Shown here: piece by piece, positions 25,955 to 36,250 of the stretch | Layout of the letters: every line of letters begins with the position of its first letter | Numbering within the stretch: position 1 is the first letter of the stretch | From: a virus | Length of the DNA stretch: 64,000 nucleotides | Direction: 5' to 3' (one strand) | IMG/VR virus record: IMGVR_UViG_3300043409_002246 | Span: 1 to 64,000 of that record | The notes under the pieces: model-generated | What the model was told of the DNA's origin: nothing | Databases searched by the model: none | Seen by the model: only the letters and a program-made list of their open reading frames with translations | Program-made: the position numbers and the translations under genes

Positions 25955-27133
25955 ATGATTACCTCGATCCACGAACTCTACAAGTCCAACGCGGTAGCCG
26001 CAGGGGCAACACTCAAGTTTGGCGACGAGATTCATACGACCATGCAGCGATGGCTGGTAGCCGAGGGCGGCTCGCCGAAACTCCATGACTCGAAGAACGA
26101 TTTGGCGCGCAAGATTTCCGTCGCGCGCGGGACCGCCGTCAAGCACGGCGACTCCACGGTGGACATTTTTCGCCGGCTGGCTGGCCTGAGCTACAACAAC
26201 AGCCTGCACGAGTGTTTGCGGACGATTCTGGCTACTCCGGCGGTTCCGGCGGTGTTGCTGGCTCCCGTAATGCTGGCGGCGACCCCGGTGAACCCCGTCT
26301 CGTTCACTGTGAACTGGACCCCGGGAGTGGGAAGCATTCCCCCGGATGGATACTTGGTGGACATCGCGTTCGACGAGAACTTTCTTTTCATAGCGGCGGC
26401 TTGGGATGGTTTCGATGTAGGTCTTGTGACCTCTGCTGAGTTTATCGAGGGTGTTCCCGACACAGACTACTACGTCCGGGTCCGGGCCTACACCAATGGC
26501 CCCGGGGAAGTAAGTGGACAGTCAAACGTGGTGATCGCGGAAGAGCTACACGCTCCGCCGGAACCGGTCCCGATCTCAGTCACGGAATTCCCCACCGCAA
26601 CCAGTTTTGAACTTACGTGGACCTCCCCTCCCTCTTTCGACGGCGTCGTCATTGATGTTACCCCGGTAGTCAACGATTGGGTTTTCGACGAGACAGGGGT
26701 CCTGTATCAGTTCGACGCGGGCGCCGTGGAAGTTTTTGAAGTCACCGGGCTGGCCCCCGGGATCGAGTATGCCTTCCGAGTTTCAGGCTACAATAACGGC
26801 GGAGTTGGGCCCGGCATCCCCGGGACAGCGACTACCTTGGTAGCGGCGCCGGCGATGCCGGACACCAACTCGATAGTCGTGACGGATTCTACGATCCAAG
26901 TGGGCTGGGTTGACGACCCGGCGGCTAGCGGATGGAAGGTGGACCTTTCTATCGCCGCAGACTTCTCTTCCTTTGTCGGGCCCTACGAGAACCTCGACTT
27001 GGGTCCGTTGAACCTCGCGCTGTTCGCGGGTCTGGACCCGGAGACTCTCTACTACTACCGGATACGCGCCTATAACGATGGTGGGACCAGCCCGTCCAAG
27101 TCGGCTAACGCGACCACGGAAGCTACCCCCTGA
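25955..27133 (+). CDS. Virion protein with three FN3-like domains
   Basis: SFTVNW...YYVRVRAY, SFELTW...YAFRVSGYN, SIQVGW-like...YYYRIRAYN. Confidence 0.75.
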   Translation: MITSIHELYKSNAVAAGATLKFGDEIHTTMQRWLVAEGGSPKLHDSKNDLARKISVARGTAVKHGDSTVDIFRRLAGLSYNNSLHECLRTILATPAVPAVLLAPVMLAATPVNPVSFTVNWTPGVGSIPPDGYLVDIAFDENFLFIAAAWDGFDVGLVTSAEFIEGVPDTDYYVRVRAYTNGPGEVSGQSNVVIAEELHAPPEPVPISVTEFPTATSFELTWTSPPSFDGVVIDVTPVVNDWVFDETGVLYQFDAGAVEVFEVTGLAPGIEYAFRVSGYNNGGVGPGIPGTATTLVAAPAMPDTNSIVVTDSTIQVGWVDDPAASGWKVDLSIAADFSSFVGPYENLDLGPLNLALFAGLDPETLYYYRIRAYNDGGTSPSKSANATTEATP

Positions 27134-27136
27134 TAT

Positions 27137-27520
27137 ATGGCCGCACGACGCAAATTAACTGACTGTCCTGTAAAGGGCCCATGTCCCCGGGGGTTCGACG
27201 TGGACCTCGCCAACATCTCCGGGCGGGTAAACCATCTGGACTCGCTCCTACCCGGCATCGCCGCTGACGTGCGCGCCATCTCGGGGAAAATCAACGTGAT
27301 GGAGGTCCATCTTGCAACTATCCCGACGTGGGATAACGTAAAAGAGCTTCATCTGTCCGTAAAGGGAGACGTGAAGGTCGTGGCGGACAAGATCGCGGTG
27401 CTGGAAGAGTCCGGCGCACAGATGCGAGGCGGCTGGAAGGTCATCGCTTTCGCCAGTGGCATTTCCGGCTCGGTGGTAGCCGTCGTCTCTTGGGTCATCC
27501 AACACTTCCCCAAACCATGA
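27137..27520 (+). CDS. Coiled coil plus C-terminal TM protein (holin/hemolysin-like)
   Basis: GGWKVIAFASGISGSVVAVVSWVI. Confidence 0.5.
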   Translation: MAARRKLTDCPVKGPCPRGFDVDLANISGRVNHLDSLLPGIAADVRAISGKINVMEVHLATIPTWDNVKELHLSVKGDVKVVADKIAVLEESGAQMRGGWKVIAFASGISGSVVAVVSWVIQHFPKP

Positions 27521-28269
27521 AAAAGTCCCTGCTACCCTACGTCCTAGTCGCGCTCCTGTTCACGGGCTGCTCGATCCTGATGCCGAAGCCCAAGGAATTT
27601 TTCCAAGACAAGGTTCATGCCGTCCCGGAGATGAAAGCCTCCGAGAAAGAAACCCAGCGCCAGACCGCGAAGCTCGCCGCCGACAAGGCCAAGGAGACTT
27701 GGATCGCCGCCGTCGCTGATGACGCTACCCCGCTTGTGACTTTGCCCGCCGCGCAGACCGTCGCTCTCACCGAGGCCGTCTCCGTCAGCGTAGGCCCGCC
27801 CCTTTCCCCCTCTACTCTTGACCCGATGGTGTTGGCTGAGAAGCTCAACCGCGCGGTTGCCAAACTGAGCACCCGCTTGGACGAATTCAAGGACGAAAAC
27901 AACGTCAACGCCGGCAAGAAGATAGAGGGCACGGGTCTTTTCTCGGTTCCGTATTTCGTTTGGATTGGCGGCATCCTTTTCATCTCTTTCGTCGGCTACA
28001 CGATCCTCAAGACCGTTTTGAAGGGCCTTGCGCTGACGAACCCGCCGATTGCGGTTGGAATGAACGTGGCCGGCGTGGCTGGCCGCACTGCTGCCAAAGG
28101 GTTCGCGCAGTTGCTCAAGGGCGGGGAACAGTTCAAGCAGCGAATCGAGGAAGAGATTTCTGATCCGGCGGTGAAGGCCGCAGTTCTACGCGCGTTTCGT
28201 TCGGAGCACCAGAAGGCCGCAGACGACGACGTGAAAAATGTGGTTGAGCAGTTGACAAAGACGCCGTAA
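27517..28269 (+). CDS. Lipoprotein with internal TM helix (spanin-like)
   Basis: Lipobox MKKSLLPYVLVALLFTG-C; TM FVWIGGILFISFVGYTIL. Confidence 0.55.
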   Translation: MKKSLLPYVLVALLFTGCSILMPKPKEFFQDKVHAVPEMKASEKETQRQTAKLAADKAKETWIAAVADDATPLVTLPAAQTVALTEAVSVSVGPPLSPSTLDPMVLAEKLNRAVAKLSTRLDEFKDENNVNAGKKIEGTGLFSVPYFVWIGGILFISFVGYTILKTVLKGLALTNPPIAVGMNVAGVAGRTAAKGFAQLLKGGEQFKQRIEEEISDPAVKAAVLRAFRSEHQKAADDDVKNVVEQLTKTP

Positions 28270-28280
28270 ATCGGCATCTT
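28252..28280 (+). promoter_or_regulatory. Promoter TTGACA-N17-CATCTT
   Basis: Repeated motif; AGGAG follows. Confidence 0.75.
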
Positions 28281-28295
28281 AACTAGGAGAATCTT

Positions 28296-29588
28296 ATGGC
28301 ATGTGAAGATACTGATGACTGTCCGGAAAATACACCCGCATCGGAGACGCTTGCGTCGCAGATGGACAACTTCGTCGCCGCGTTCTTCGGGGCGCTGACG
28401 AAGGAGGCCGGCGACAACGACACGGTAACGTGGACGCTGCCCTGCAACCTTGAGGACGGCATCTACGACGACTCCGTCCCTACCCCCGTTCTGATATACC
28501 CCCGGGAAGAGGGCGAGGGCCTTGCCTGCTTTTTCGCGCGCATCCTCGGTCAGCAAATCAACGGCCTCGCGGGCGCGGACGCCTTCGCGACGGTCAACGG
28601 AGCGTTTACACAGCCTGCGATTCTCGCCAATGTGGACGTAACTGTCACCACGATTGCGCCCTTCGCGGTCGGTCAATACGTTTGGGTTGCGTCCGGCAAC
28701 GGTAGCTTCTACACGGTTCAGGCCATCAACGGCTTGGTGTTGACGCTGAAGAATTTATATGGCAACCCGCACAACTTGTCCCCCGGCGCGGTCCTCGCGA
28801 ACGGGTCCAAGGTTGTTCCCTCGGGGGCGGCGGAAACGTCCGGCCCGCAGGGGGCGCGCGGTCTTACCGGAGCGACCGGCCCGCAGGGCGAAATCGGCCC
28901 TCAGGGCGATCAGGGCGTTCAGGGCGAAATCGGCCCGACTGGCGCGGGCGTTACCGATAAAGCTTGGAGTTTCAACACCCCCGGCGTCCATACTTTCATC
29001 CCCGATTTCGACGGGAGAATCCGGGTTCGGGGTTACGGAGCCGGCGGCGGCGGCGGCGGCGGGGCCGCAAACATCGGCGATGACGGTAGCATCCCGAACG
29101 GTTCTGGCTACGGCGGCGGCGGCGGGGAATATGCCGTAAAAGAGATTACCGTTACCTCAGGCTTGATCTATACCTGCACGGTCGGTAACGGCGGAGCCGG
29201 CGGTGAAGGCGGTGACAATACCGCAGCGGGGTCTGACGGGGAAGACTCGGAATTTGCTTTACAGGGCGGCGGGGTTTACCTCGAAGCCAAAGGCGGCGGC
29301 GGCGGCGACGCGGCGGCGGACGGCATCTTAGAGGGCGCAGGCGGCACCGGCGGTGCCGGAGTCGCTGACTTTCGATACAGCGGATGGCCGGGGCTGTCTG
29401 AGGAAGGCGGCAAGTGCGGTCGCGACGGCGCAGGAGGGCTTGAGAGCGCCGGAGCCGGCAATGCGGGTGAATTCCCGGGCGGCGGCGGCGGAGCCGGCCA
29501 TGACGGCGGAGAGGGCGGCGTGGGGGCTCCCGGCGGCGCTGGTGCCAACGGTCGCATCGCAATCGAAGTAATTTCCGAAACCCCGTGA
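28296..29588 (+). CDS. Fibre protein with collagen repeats and Gly-rich domain
   Basis: (GxY)n GPQGARGLTGATG...; GAGGGGGG Gly-rich C-domain. Confidence 0.75.
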   Translation: MACEDTDDCPENTPASETLASQMDNFVAAFFGALTKEAGDNDTVTWTLPCNLEDGIYDDSVPTPVLIYPREEGEGLACFFARILGQQINGLAGADAFATVNGAFTQPAILANVDVTVTTIAPFAVGQYVWVASGNGSFYTVQAINGLVLTLKNLYGNPHNLSPGAVLANGSKVVPSGAAETSGPQGARGLTGATGPQGEIGPQGDQGVQGEIGPTGAGVTDKAWSFNTPGVHTFIPDFDGRIRVRGYGAGGGGGGGAANIGDDGSIPNGSGYGGGGGEYAVKEITVTSGLIYTCTVGNGGAGGEGGDNTAAGSDGEDSEFALQGGGVYLEAKGGGGGDAAADGILEGAGGTGGAGVADFRYSGWPGLSEEGGKCGRDGAGGLESAGAGNAGEFPGGGGGAGHDGGEGGVGAPGGAGANGRIAIEVISETP

Positions 29589-29589
29589 A

Positions 29590-31476
29590 ATGCCATTTTT
29601 CCCTGCGCCTGACGATGGTTGCCCCGGCACGGCGATAACGCCCGGTGCCTGCGCTCGATCCGCGCACACGATCAGGCCCGGGGCATGTCCCGACAAGGTT
29701 CTCGGCGCTGAAGGCGCTACTGGCGCTACTGGCGCTACCGGCCCGGCGGGTCCCCAAGGTATCCCCGGAGTTGACGGCGATGATGGCGCTCCCGGAACTC
29801 CCGGAACTCCCGGTGCTCCCGGACTCGATGGCGACGACGGCGCTCCCGGAACTCCCGGAACTCCCGGAAATCCCGGCGCGGACGGAACCAACGGTGTTGA
29901 CGGTGCCACGATCCGCAACGGCTCAGGCGCTCCATCGAACGGACTCGGACTCAACGGCGACTACTATCTCAACGTCACCAACGACGATCTCTATTTCAAA
30001 GCCGCCGGAACCTACTCGGTTGTCGCCACTCTCAAGGGAGCCACGGGAGCTACGGGCGCCCCCGGAACCCCCGGAGCAGACGGAACTGATGGCGACGTGT
30101 TCCACGGGACTTCTGCAAACAGTTTTGCGATTTCCGCAGTTGGTGACGTGGTCGGCATCGTAACGCAGACCGGGTTGAATTTTGCGGTCGGTCAGACGGT
30201 TGTTGTAACTGCTGACGCTGCCCCCACGAAGTATTTTGTCGCCACGATCACGGCTTACGATTCGGGGACGGGTGCGATCTCGCTTCAGAATACCAAGACG
30301 AACGCTGAAGGCGAGACATTCTCCGCGTGGACGATTACTTTATCGGGCGCTGTCGGCGCTACCGGAAGCCCCGGGGCGGACGGAGCCGACGGAGCCGATG
30401 GAACTAACGGAACTGACGGTTCAGTTTGGCGCGACGGCACGGGGGTTCCCTCTGATGCCCTCGGGGTCAACGGGGACTATTACCTCGATGACGCGACCGG
30501 GAACGTGTATCTACGCGCTGCGGGCACTTACAGTGTTGTTGCCAGCATCAAGGGTGCGGACGGAGCCGACGGAGCCGACGGCGGCAACGCCGGAAAGATT
30601 TTCTACCTCGACTCACGCAATGCCTCCGACGTGGGCGGTATGTTCACCGCTCTGGAACTTCCCTCGGCGCTGGCGGAGGAAATACTTACCCTCAACGCCA
30701 CGGGAACCGGCGATAACCTGTTGGCGGAGTTCATTACTGAGCCGGGAGTCCCGAATCAGACTTCCCTGCCCCCCGGGACTGCGTTTCGACACTTCCACGT
30801 TTACACCGGTCACGCTACTCAGGTTTGTCGTTTGAAAGTTGAGCTATACTCCGCCGACGCGAGCGGGGGAAATCAGGTGTTGCTCCGCACGGGATACTCG
30901 GCCAACTTCTCGGGGACAGCGCCTCAAGGTCTTGTGTGGGATTTCTCCGACGCAAACGGTTACAGTTTTTCCAGTTCGAGCCGGATAATTTTCAAGATTT
31001 ACGTGGCGCGAGTCAGCGGGGGAGCCCCGGGTTGCGACGGCTATGTCATCTTCAACGGGGATGAAGCTTCATATATCCAGACCACGATCACCGCCGGTTC
31101 AGTAGGGCCCGCAGGATCAACTGGTCGTTCGGTTTTGCTTTGCGCGGGCTATACTCCCTCCGCCACGGGCGCGGACGTAGTCGAGGTCGTGGTTCCTCGC
31201 GGCGCCTCCGACGCATCGGTTACGTGGAACGTCAACCGGATTACTTTACGGGTGAAGACTGCCGGCGGTGCGCCGGTTGCGGTTGTTGAAAAGTCAACTG
31301 CTGCGGGGGTGTTCTCCGCAACCACGGTCGGCACGCTGACGATGCCGAGCGGCGATTATCAGGTCACGAACGCGACCGCCCTCGGGACGGTTGCCAGCGG
31401 AGACAAGCTTCGCTTCAACGTGACGACGCTCGGAACGGCGCTCTACTGGACAATTCAAGTGGACATTGAGGAATGA
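29590..31476 (+). CDS. Collagen-like tail fibre protein
   Basis: Several (GxY)n runs; duplicated G.PS..LG.NGDYYL....YS module. Confidence 0.8.
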   Translation: MPFFPAPDDGCPGTAITPGACARSAHTIRPGACPDKVLGAEGATGATGATGPAGPQGIPGVDGDDGAPGTPGTPGAPGLDGDDGAPGTPGTPGNPGADGTNGVDGATIRNGSGAPSNGLGLNGDYYLNVTNDDLYFKAAGTYSVVATLKGATGATGAPGTPGADGTDGDVFHGTSANSFAISAVGDVVGIVTQTGLNFAVGQTVVVTADAAPTKYFVATITAYDSGTGAISLQNTKTNAEGETFSAWTITLSGAVGATGSPGADGADGADGTNGTDGSVWRDGTGVPSDALGVNGDYYLDDATGNVYLRAAGTYSVVASIKGADGADGADGGNAGKIFYLDSRNASDVGGMFTALELPSALAEEILTLNATGTGDNLLAEFITEPGVPNQTSLPPGTAFRHFHVYTGHATQVCRLKVELYSADASGGNQVLLRTGYSANFSGTAPQGLVWDFSDANGYSFSSSSRIIFKIYVARVSGGAPGCDGYVIFNGDEASYIQTTITAGSVGPAGSTGRSVLLCAGYTPSATGADVVEVVVPRGASDASVTWNVNRITLRVKTAGGAPVAVVEKSTAAGVFSATTVGTLTMPSGDYQVTNATALGTVASGDKLRFNVTTLGTALYWTIQVDIEE

Positions 31477-32171
31477 CGCCGGAACTCCCACCAAGTCAGG
31501 ACGACGCCAGACCCGCTCGACGGCTGGGCGAGGTTAGCCGGAAGGCTGGCAGAGCTACCCCGCCGAAGACCCGGTGCGCGGGAGACGGGTGCCCGTGTCC
31601 GAAGGCGGTTAGAATGGTAAAGCGGGACCGGCTGGACCTCGACGTTACCGTTGCCTCCGGACAACTGGATGTTAAGACTGTCCGGGCTTCTGATCGCCTC
31701 TCGGTGGACAACACGATGCTCCTTGGGTGGGGGCCCCCGGTTCGACGGTATTGTCGTGATTTGCTGGGGCTTGATAACACTTTGGCGAGTGGGATGTTGA
31801 ACCCGAGGGGCAAAACCTTGAGGGACTTCCTGAACTTGAGCAACACGTTTTTGGACGGCGTTTACCTGATTACCGTCGCTCCATACGACGCCCCCCAAGA
31901 CCGTTTGAGCGTGGTGAATTTCACAGTCTCCGGCGACTACATTCAGCGGGTGTTGCCGAACGAGGCCCCGCAGGACCGCTTGGTCATCGGAAACTTCTTT
32001 GATTCCGGGGACTACATTCAGCGGGTGCTTCCGAATGAGGCCCCCACGGACAAACTTTTGATCGGGAATGAGATTGTCTCAGGAGAGTATGACCGGAAGG
32101 TGTTCCCCACGGAGGCGCCGTCGGAAAAATTGTCGTTGACAAACAGCATGGTTTCGGGCACTTATAGTTGA
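31473..32171 (+). CDS. Structural protein with C-terminal 22-aa repeats
   Basis: SGDYIQRVLPNEAP(Q/T)D(R/K)L repeated 3-4 times. Confidence 0.6.
   Translation: MTPELPPSQDDARPARRLGEVSRKAGRATPPKTRCAGDGCPCPKAVRMVKRDRLDLDVTVASGQLDVKTVRASDRLSVDNTMLLGWGPPVRRYCRDLLGLDNTLASGMLNPRGKTLRDFLNLSNTFLDGVYLITVAPYDAPQDRLSVVNFTVSGDYIQRVLPNEAPQDRLVIGNFFDSGDYIQRVLPNEAPTDKLLIGNEIVSGEYDRKVFPTEAPSEKLSLTNSMVSGTYS
32136..32164 (+). promoter_or_regulatory. Promoter TTGACA-N17-CACTTA
   Basis: Variant of the repeated motif. Confidence 0.6.
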
Positions 32172-32176
32172 GGACT

Positions 32177-33625
32177 ATGATGAACAAAAAATGTGAGTTT
32201 CACGGATCGAGTTTGGGAATGTCGAACCATTTCAAGGCTCAGATTATCGAGCGGCGCAAAGGTCATCCCGACGAGGGCAAAGTCGTGTTCGAGACGCCGA
32301 CGGCGCCGAACTTGATCTTGCAGAACGGGATGAACCGGTTTGCGACTAATGGCATCGCCACGAATTTTACTCACTGCGCCATCGGGTCTGACGCGACCCC
32401 GGTCGAGGACGATTCTGGCGCCGTCACGGCAACCACGACGGGGACCGCCTGCAATTCCGACGGAGCTTTCTTCGTAGTGGGAGACGTTGGGAAGCTGCTT
32501 CGGTTCGACACCGGGGAGAAGTCCATCATCGCCGCGTATGTGGACGGCGATACGGTTACGCTCTCCGATACGCTCAACGTGTCCTCCGGCACCCTGTTTA
32601 CGATGTATCGCATCGCGCAGACCGGGCTGTTCGCGGAGGTCAAAAGGTCCAGCACATACCTCACGGGCTCGGGGAACTGCGGCACCACTCTTTCGGGGAG
32701 CTTGTTCACTCACCAACGGACCTTCGACTTCCCAGTTGAAACGGGTGATGTGACATATAGTGAAGTCGGATTCGGGGCCTCCGCAACCGTGGCGCAAAAC
32801 CTCTACATGCGGGGCATCTTCTCGGGCGCCCCCGTGTCGGTTTTGACAGGCCAGCAAATCCGGGTGATCTACTACTTCTTGCTTACGGTGTCTCCGACCT
32901 CCCCGCGCGATGGAGAGGTAGCCGTCTCTGGATGGCCGTCCCTCGAACACCCCGTGGCGATGGACGAGACTACGGACAAAGTAACGCTAGTAACACACGG
33001 GTTCGCGGCGGGGACCCAAATCTTTTTCGACGGAGCGGTGTGTCCTACCGGACTCACGTTCAATACGAACTATTTCGTAATCACGGTTGACGGCGATCAC
33101 TTCAAATTGGCGGAGACTTACGCCGACGCCATCGCGGGGACTCCCGTCATTGACTTTACCTCGAACGGGACCTCGGTGATCCTGTTCACCAACACCAAGG
33201 GGACTGAACAGATGATGGGCCCCTACGTGACTTCAGTCCTTTCGGCTACGGGAGGCAACACCAGCTATATTACGGGGGCGAACAGCGCGGTTCTTCAAAC
33301 GTTGGAACCTTCGGGAGGTAAGGCTATGAGACTGTCGGTTACTTCAACCGTCCACGGCACTTGGCCGACTGCGGTCGCTATCACCCTTCTCGCGGACGCG
33401 GCCTTGACGGCGGAGGCGTATGTCCAAGACAGCCACGAGAAGTTTTATGGTGGGTCTTTTGCCGTTGGAGCCGGAAATTCTGCGGTGCTCCGGAGTATTC
33501 AAGTAACCTCGACTGACGGTTCCGGGCCCGGGCTAAGATACCTGTTCGACCACAATCAGGAAAAGACGAGCCTCTACACCTTGGCCTTTCGGTTTAAGTT
33601 TACTTGGGATTGGGACTTCTCCTAA
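32177..33625 (+). CDS. Tail/fibre-associated structural protein
   Basis: NLILQNG...CAIGSDATP tail-protein-like N-terminus; T/S/G-rich beta structure. Confidence 0.65.
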   Translation: MMNKKCEFHGSSLGMSNHFKAQIIERRKGHPDEGKVVFETPTAPNLILQNGMNRFATNGIATNFTHCAIGSDATPVEDDSGAVTATTTGTACNSDGAFFVVGDVGKLLRFDTGEKSIIAAYVDGDTVTLSDTLNVSSGTLFTMYRIAQTGLFAEVKRSSTYLTGSGNCGTTLSGSLFTHQRTFDFPVETGDVTYSEVGFGASATVAQNLYMRGIFSGAPVSVLTGQQIRVIYYFLLTVSPTSPRDGEVAVSGWPSLEHPVAMDETTDKVTLVTHGFAAGTQIFFDGAVCPTGLTFNTNYFVITVDGDHFKLAETYADAIAGTPVIDFTSNGTSVILFTNTKGTEQMMGPYVTSVLSATGGNTSYITGANSAVLQTLEPSGGKAMRLSVTSTVHGTWPTAVAITLLADAALTAEAYVQDSHEKFYGGSFAVGAGNSAVLRSIQVTSTDGSGPGLRYLFDHNQEKTSLYTLAFRFKFTWDWDFS

Positions 33626-33631
33626 AATTTT

Positions 33632-34606
33632 ATGGCACAATTCACTAAATACACCAGTTCCGACGTAGGCGCTCCGGCACTCACGGGACGCACGGGCACC
33701 CTTATCGGGGTTCTAAACTTTTGCTTGGTCACGGGGCAGGGGTGGACGCACCCGGTCGCTACCGCCGGCGACATTGGAACGTTCAAGCAATTCGACGCAG
33801 TCGGAACCAAGCGGACGCTGCTGATAAACGACGCCGGGCCTGACGGAACCTCAACTTTCAAGGAGGCGTGGGCAACCGGGTGGACAAATTGTGTCGGCGT
33901 AGGCTCCCCGGTAGGAACCGGATCAGGCCAGTTTCCTCTCCCGTCTCAAGAATCTACCACTGGAAAATTGTGGGTTCGTAAATCTGTAGCAGTTGACGAC
34001 GCGGCCCGGGCGTGGCAATGTTACGCCGACGGTCGCACGTTTCATCTGTTCGTGAAATCCGAGGGAACCTCGACTTACTACTCATTACACTTCGGGGAGT
34101 TTTACTCATTGGCGGGGAGTGCGGATGTTGGAAATTGTTTCATCGCGGGGAGGGTAGTCACGGCTGCGACTCTCTCTCAAGCCGCCGGAAGTCTGGACTC
34201 TCAAAGGAGTCCGCTTCAAAGCTCCGGAATTCTCGGAAGCTATTTCGCGGATACGCAGGCGGGGGGCGGGGGCTCTACTCGATTTTACAACATGGGGGAC
34301 CCGGGAAAACAATCAGGGGTTTTTGCCAGCAGTAGCGGGTTGCCGACGTTAGGTAGCATACCCGCTCCAAACCCAGCCGACGGGGCCTACTATTTATCCC
34401 CGCTGAAGTTACTCGACGAGCAATGGAACATTCGTGGGAGACAGCGCGGGCTCTACCACTTATGTCACCCGACGGCATCTTTTGCCGACGGCGCAACTTT
34501 CAACGGCGCGGGCGACTATGCTGGAAAAACTTTTGCGGTAGTTTCTCTCGGTTCCGCTTCCGGGCACTACTGTATCGAAACCAGCGACACTCTCGAAACG
34601 AACTGA
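33632..34606 (+). CDS. Tail structural protein (paralogue A)
   Basis: YTSSDVGAPALTG..GTLIGVLNFCLVTG. Confidence 0.65.
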   Translation: MAQFTKYTSSDVGAPALTGRTGTLIGVLNFCLVTGQGWTHPVATAGDIGTFKQFDAVGTKRTLLINDAGPDGTSTFKEAWATGWTNCVGVGSPVGTGSGQFPLPSQESTTGKLWVRKSVAVDDAARAWQCYADGRTFHLFVKSEGTSTYYSLHFGEFYSLAGSADVGNCFIAGRVVTAATLSQAAGSLDSQRSPLQSSGILGSYFADTQAGGGGSTRFYNMGDPGKQSGVFASSSGLPTLGSIPAPNPADGAYYLSPLKLLDEQWNIRGRQRGLYHLCHPTASFADGATFNGAGDYAGKTFAVVSLGSASGHYCIETSDTLETN

Positions 34607-34607
34607 T

Positions 34608-35582
34608 ATGGCTCAATTCACCAAATACAGTTTCGCCGATGTCGGTGCTCCGCAGTTGTCCGGGGAAGTGGGGAAGCTGATTGGGGTGCTAGACCACTGT
34701 CTAGTTACCGGTCAGAGTTGGACGCACCCGGTAGCGACCGCCGGAAACTGCGCGAGTTACCAGCCCCCGGCGGGCGTGGCATACATTCTGCACGTAAACG
34801 ACAACGGGCCTCACGGCACGGCGCTCGCGAAGGAGGCGCGGATGACCGGGTGGGTTTCTCTCTCCGCCGTCGGTGGAGTCGGAGTCGGGACGGGCCAGTT
34901 TCCGACCCCCGCGCAATGCCTGACTACCGGGTTTGTTAACTATCGAAAGTCCATCAGTGCCGACGCCGCGATAGTCCCGTGGGTTTGCTACGCCGACGAC
35001 AGGACCTTTTACCTTTTCGTGACCTCCGGCGACGGGGTCTTAAACCTCCATTACGGGTTCGGCTTTGGTGAGTTTTACTCTTACTACCCCGGGACGACGG
35101 ACGCAAATCGAGTCGGTATTTTTGGGAGGTCCGTGGAGAATTCGGCCAGTGTTTCCGGGACTAGCGGCGGTCTAGCCAACCAAACTAAGCCGAGCATGAC
35201 CATTACTTCCTGTAAGGGGCGCTATGCCGCAGACACCGCTGCGGGAGGCGCAGGTAGCCAGCAGCTTTTCCCGAACTACAACGTAGGATTTTGTTCTGGT
35301 GTTGAAGTGACAACTCCCCTATACTTCTCCGGAGGAAGCCAGCATTGCCACGCAGACAACTCCCGATACATACAACCAATCCTCCTGCTTGACGCAGCTT
35401 GGGGGGTCCGGGCGCAGTATCGCGGGCTTCACACGATGATTGGGGCTTACTACGTGGCCGAGGGGGTGAAGATTATCGGGACGGGAGACTACGAGGGAAA
35501 AACATTTGACGTTATTTCTGCGTGCGACTACGCCAACGTGATTTTGGTTGAAACCAGCGACACCCTTCCTACGAACGCTTGA
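34608..35582 (+). CDS. Tail structural protein (paralogue B)
   Basis: Same length (324 aa), same MAQFTKY start and ETSDTL end as paralogue A. Confidence 0.65.
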   Translation: MAQFTKYSFADVGAPQLSGEVGKLIGVLDHCLVTGQSWTHPVATAGNCASYQPPAGVAYILHVNDNGPHGTALAKEARMTGWVSLSAVGGVGVGTGQFPTPAQCLTTGFVNYRKSISADAAIVPWVCYADDRTFYLFVTSGDGVLNLHYGFGFGEFYSYYPGTTDANRVGIFGRSVENSASVSGTSGGLANQTKPSMTITSCKGRYAADTAAGGAGSQQLFPNYNVGFCSGVEVTTPLYFSGGSQHCHADNSRYIQPILLLDAAWGVRAQYRGLHTMIGAYYVAEGVKIIGTGDYEGKTFDVISACDYANVILVETSDTLPTNA

Positions 35583-35583
35583 T

Positions 35584-36087
35584 ATGCCTGACGCTTATCC
35601 AATTCCGGAACCTCGCCCGCGTGCGGCGGCGTTTACGAGTATGCCGGTGCATGACATGGCCCCCCGGGCGGTAGCAACTAAAACGATTTACCTCGGGGAG
35701 GGGGGAGGCCCGCTCAATAACTCAGTCGGAAAGAACGCGGTGGAGGGTAGCCCGGACACCCCTAGCTTGGAAATCAGGGATGTCGGATTGTGGCGATTCA
35801 GGTGGGTGGTCGCGGCGGGAGATCGCACGCTCTCCGTTCGCGTGAAGCAGCCGGCGAACGTGACTCCCTACCCGAGTGTGGTTCTGAAGAAGAACACCGG
35901 GGTCGGGTTGAACGCCGACGCTACGTTCGCGAGCGCAGGCGGCGCCGGCTGGGTGACGATCACCGCGAGTTTTACCGCTTCCGCCGCCGGGGCGATTTGG
36001 GTGGAGTTGCACAATAACGCGCGCTCGGCATCGGTTCTAGGGGTAATCCGGACGCCGGCCTACTTCGATCATATCGTCGTTACATGA
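35584..36087 (+). CDS. Structural protein, beta-sandwich/carbohydrate-binding-like
   Basis: WVTITASFT...AYFDHIVV pattern. Confidence 0.5.
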   Translation: MPDAYPIPEPRPRAAAFTSMPVHDMAPRAVATKTIYLGEGGGPLNNSVGKNAVEGSPDTPSLEIRDVGLWRFRWVVAAGDRTLSVRVKQPANVTPYPSVVLKKNTGVGLNADATFASAGGAGWVTITASFTASAAGAIWVELHNNARSASVLGVIRTPAYFDHIVVT

Positions 36088-36248
36088 CGGCCACGAATGA
36101 AATCGTAGTGTGGCTGAACGGTGCTCCGGTCGTCGCTTTGAACTCGAACCGGGAGTTCGACATCTGGCTCGACGGCGCCCCGGTTCTCGACATTGACGAA
36201 GGCGGACTTGGCATTGACGCCGCGCGGCGCCGGGTGGCGATATTTTGA
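36084..36248 (+). CDS. 54-aa protein with an internal WL(N/D)GAPV repeat (absent from the ORF track)
   Basis: MTATNEIVVWLNGAPVVALNSNREFDIWLDGAPVLDIDEGGLGIDAARRRVAIF; ATGA overlap. Confidence 0.6.
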   Translation: MTATNEIVVWLNGAPVVALNSNREFDIWLDGAPVLDIDEGGLGIDAARRRVAIF

Positions 36249-36250
36249 CG

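Noticed and set aside
29700-30600. 9-bp and longer tandem repeats resembling an array
   Set aside because: They encode collagen Gly-X-Y triplets; not CRISPR or regulatory.
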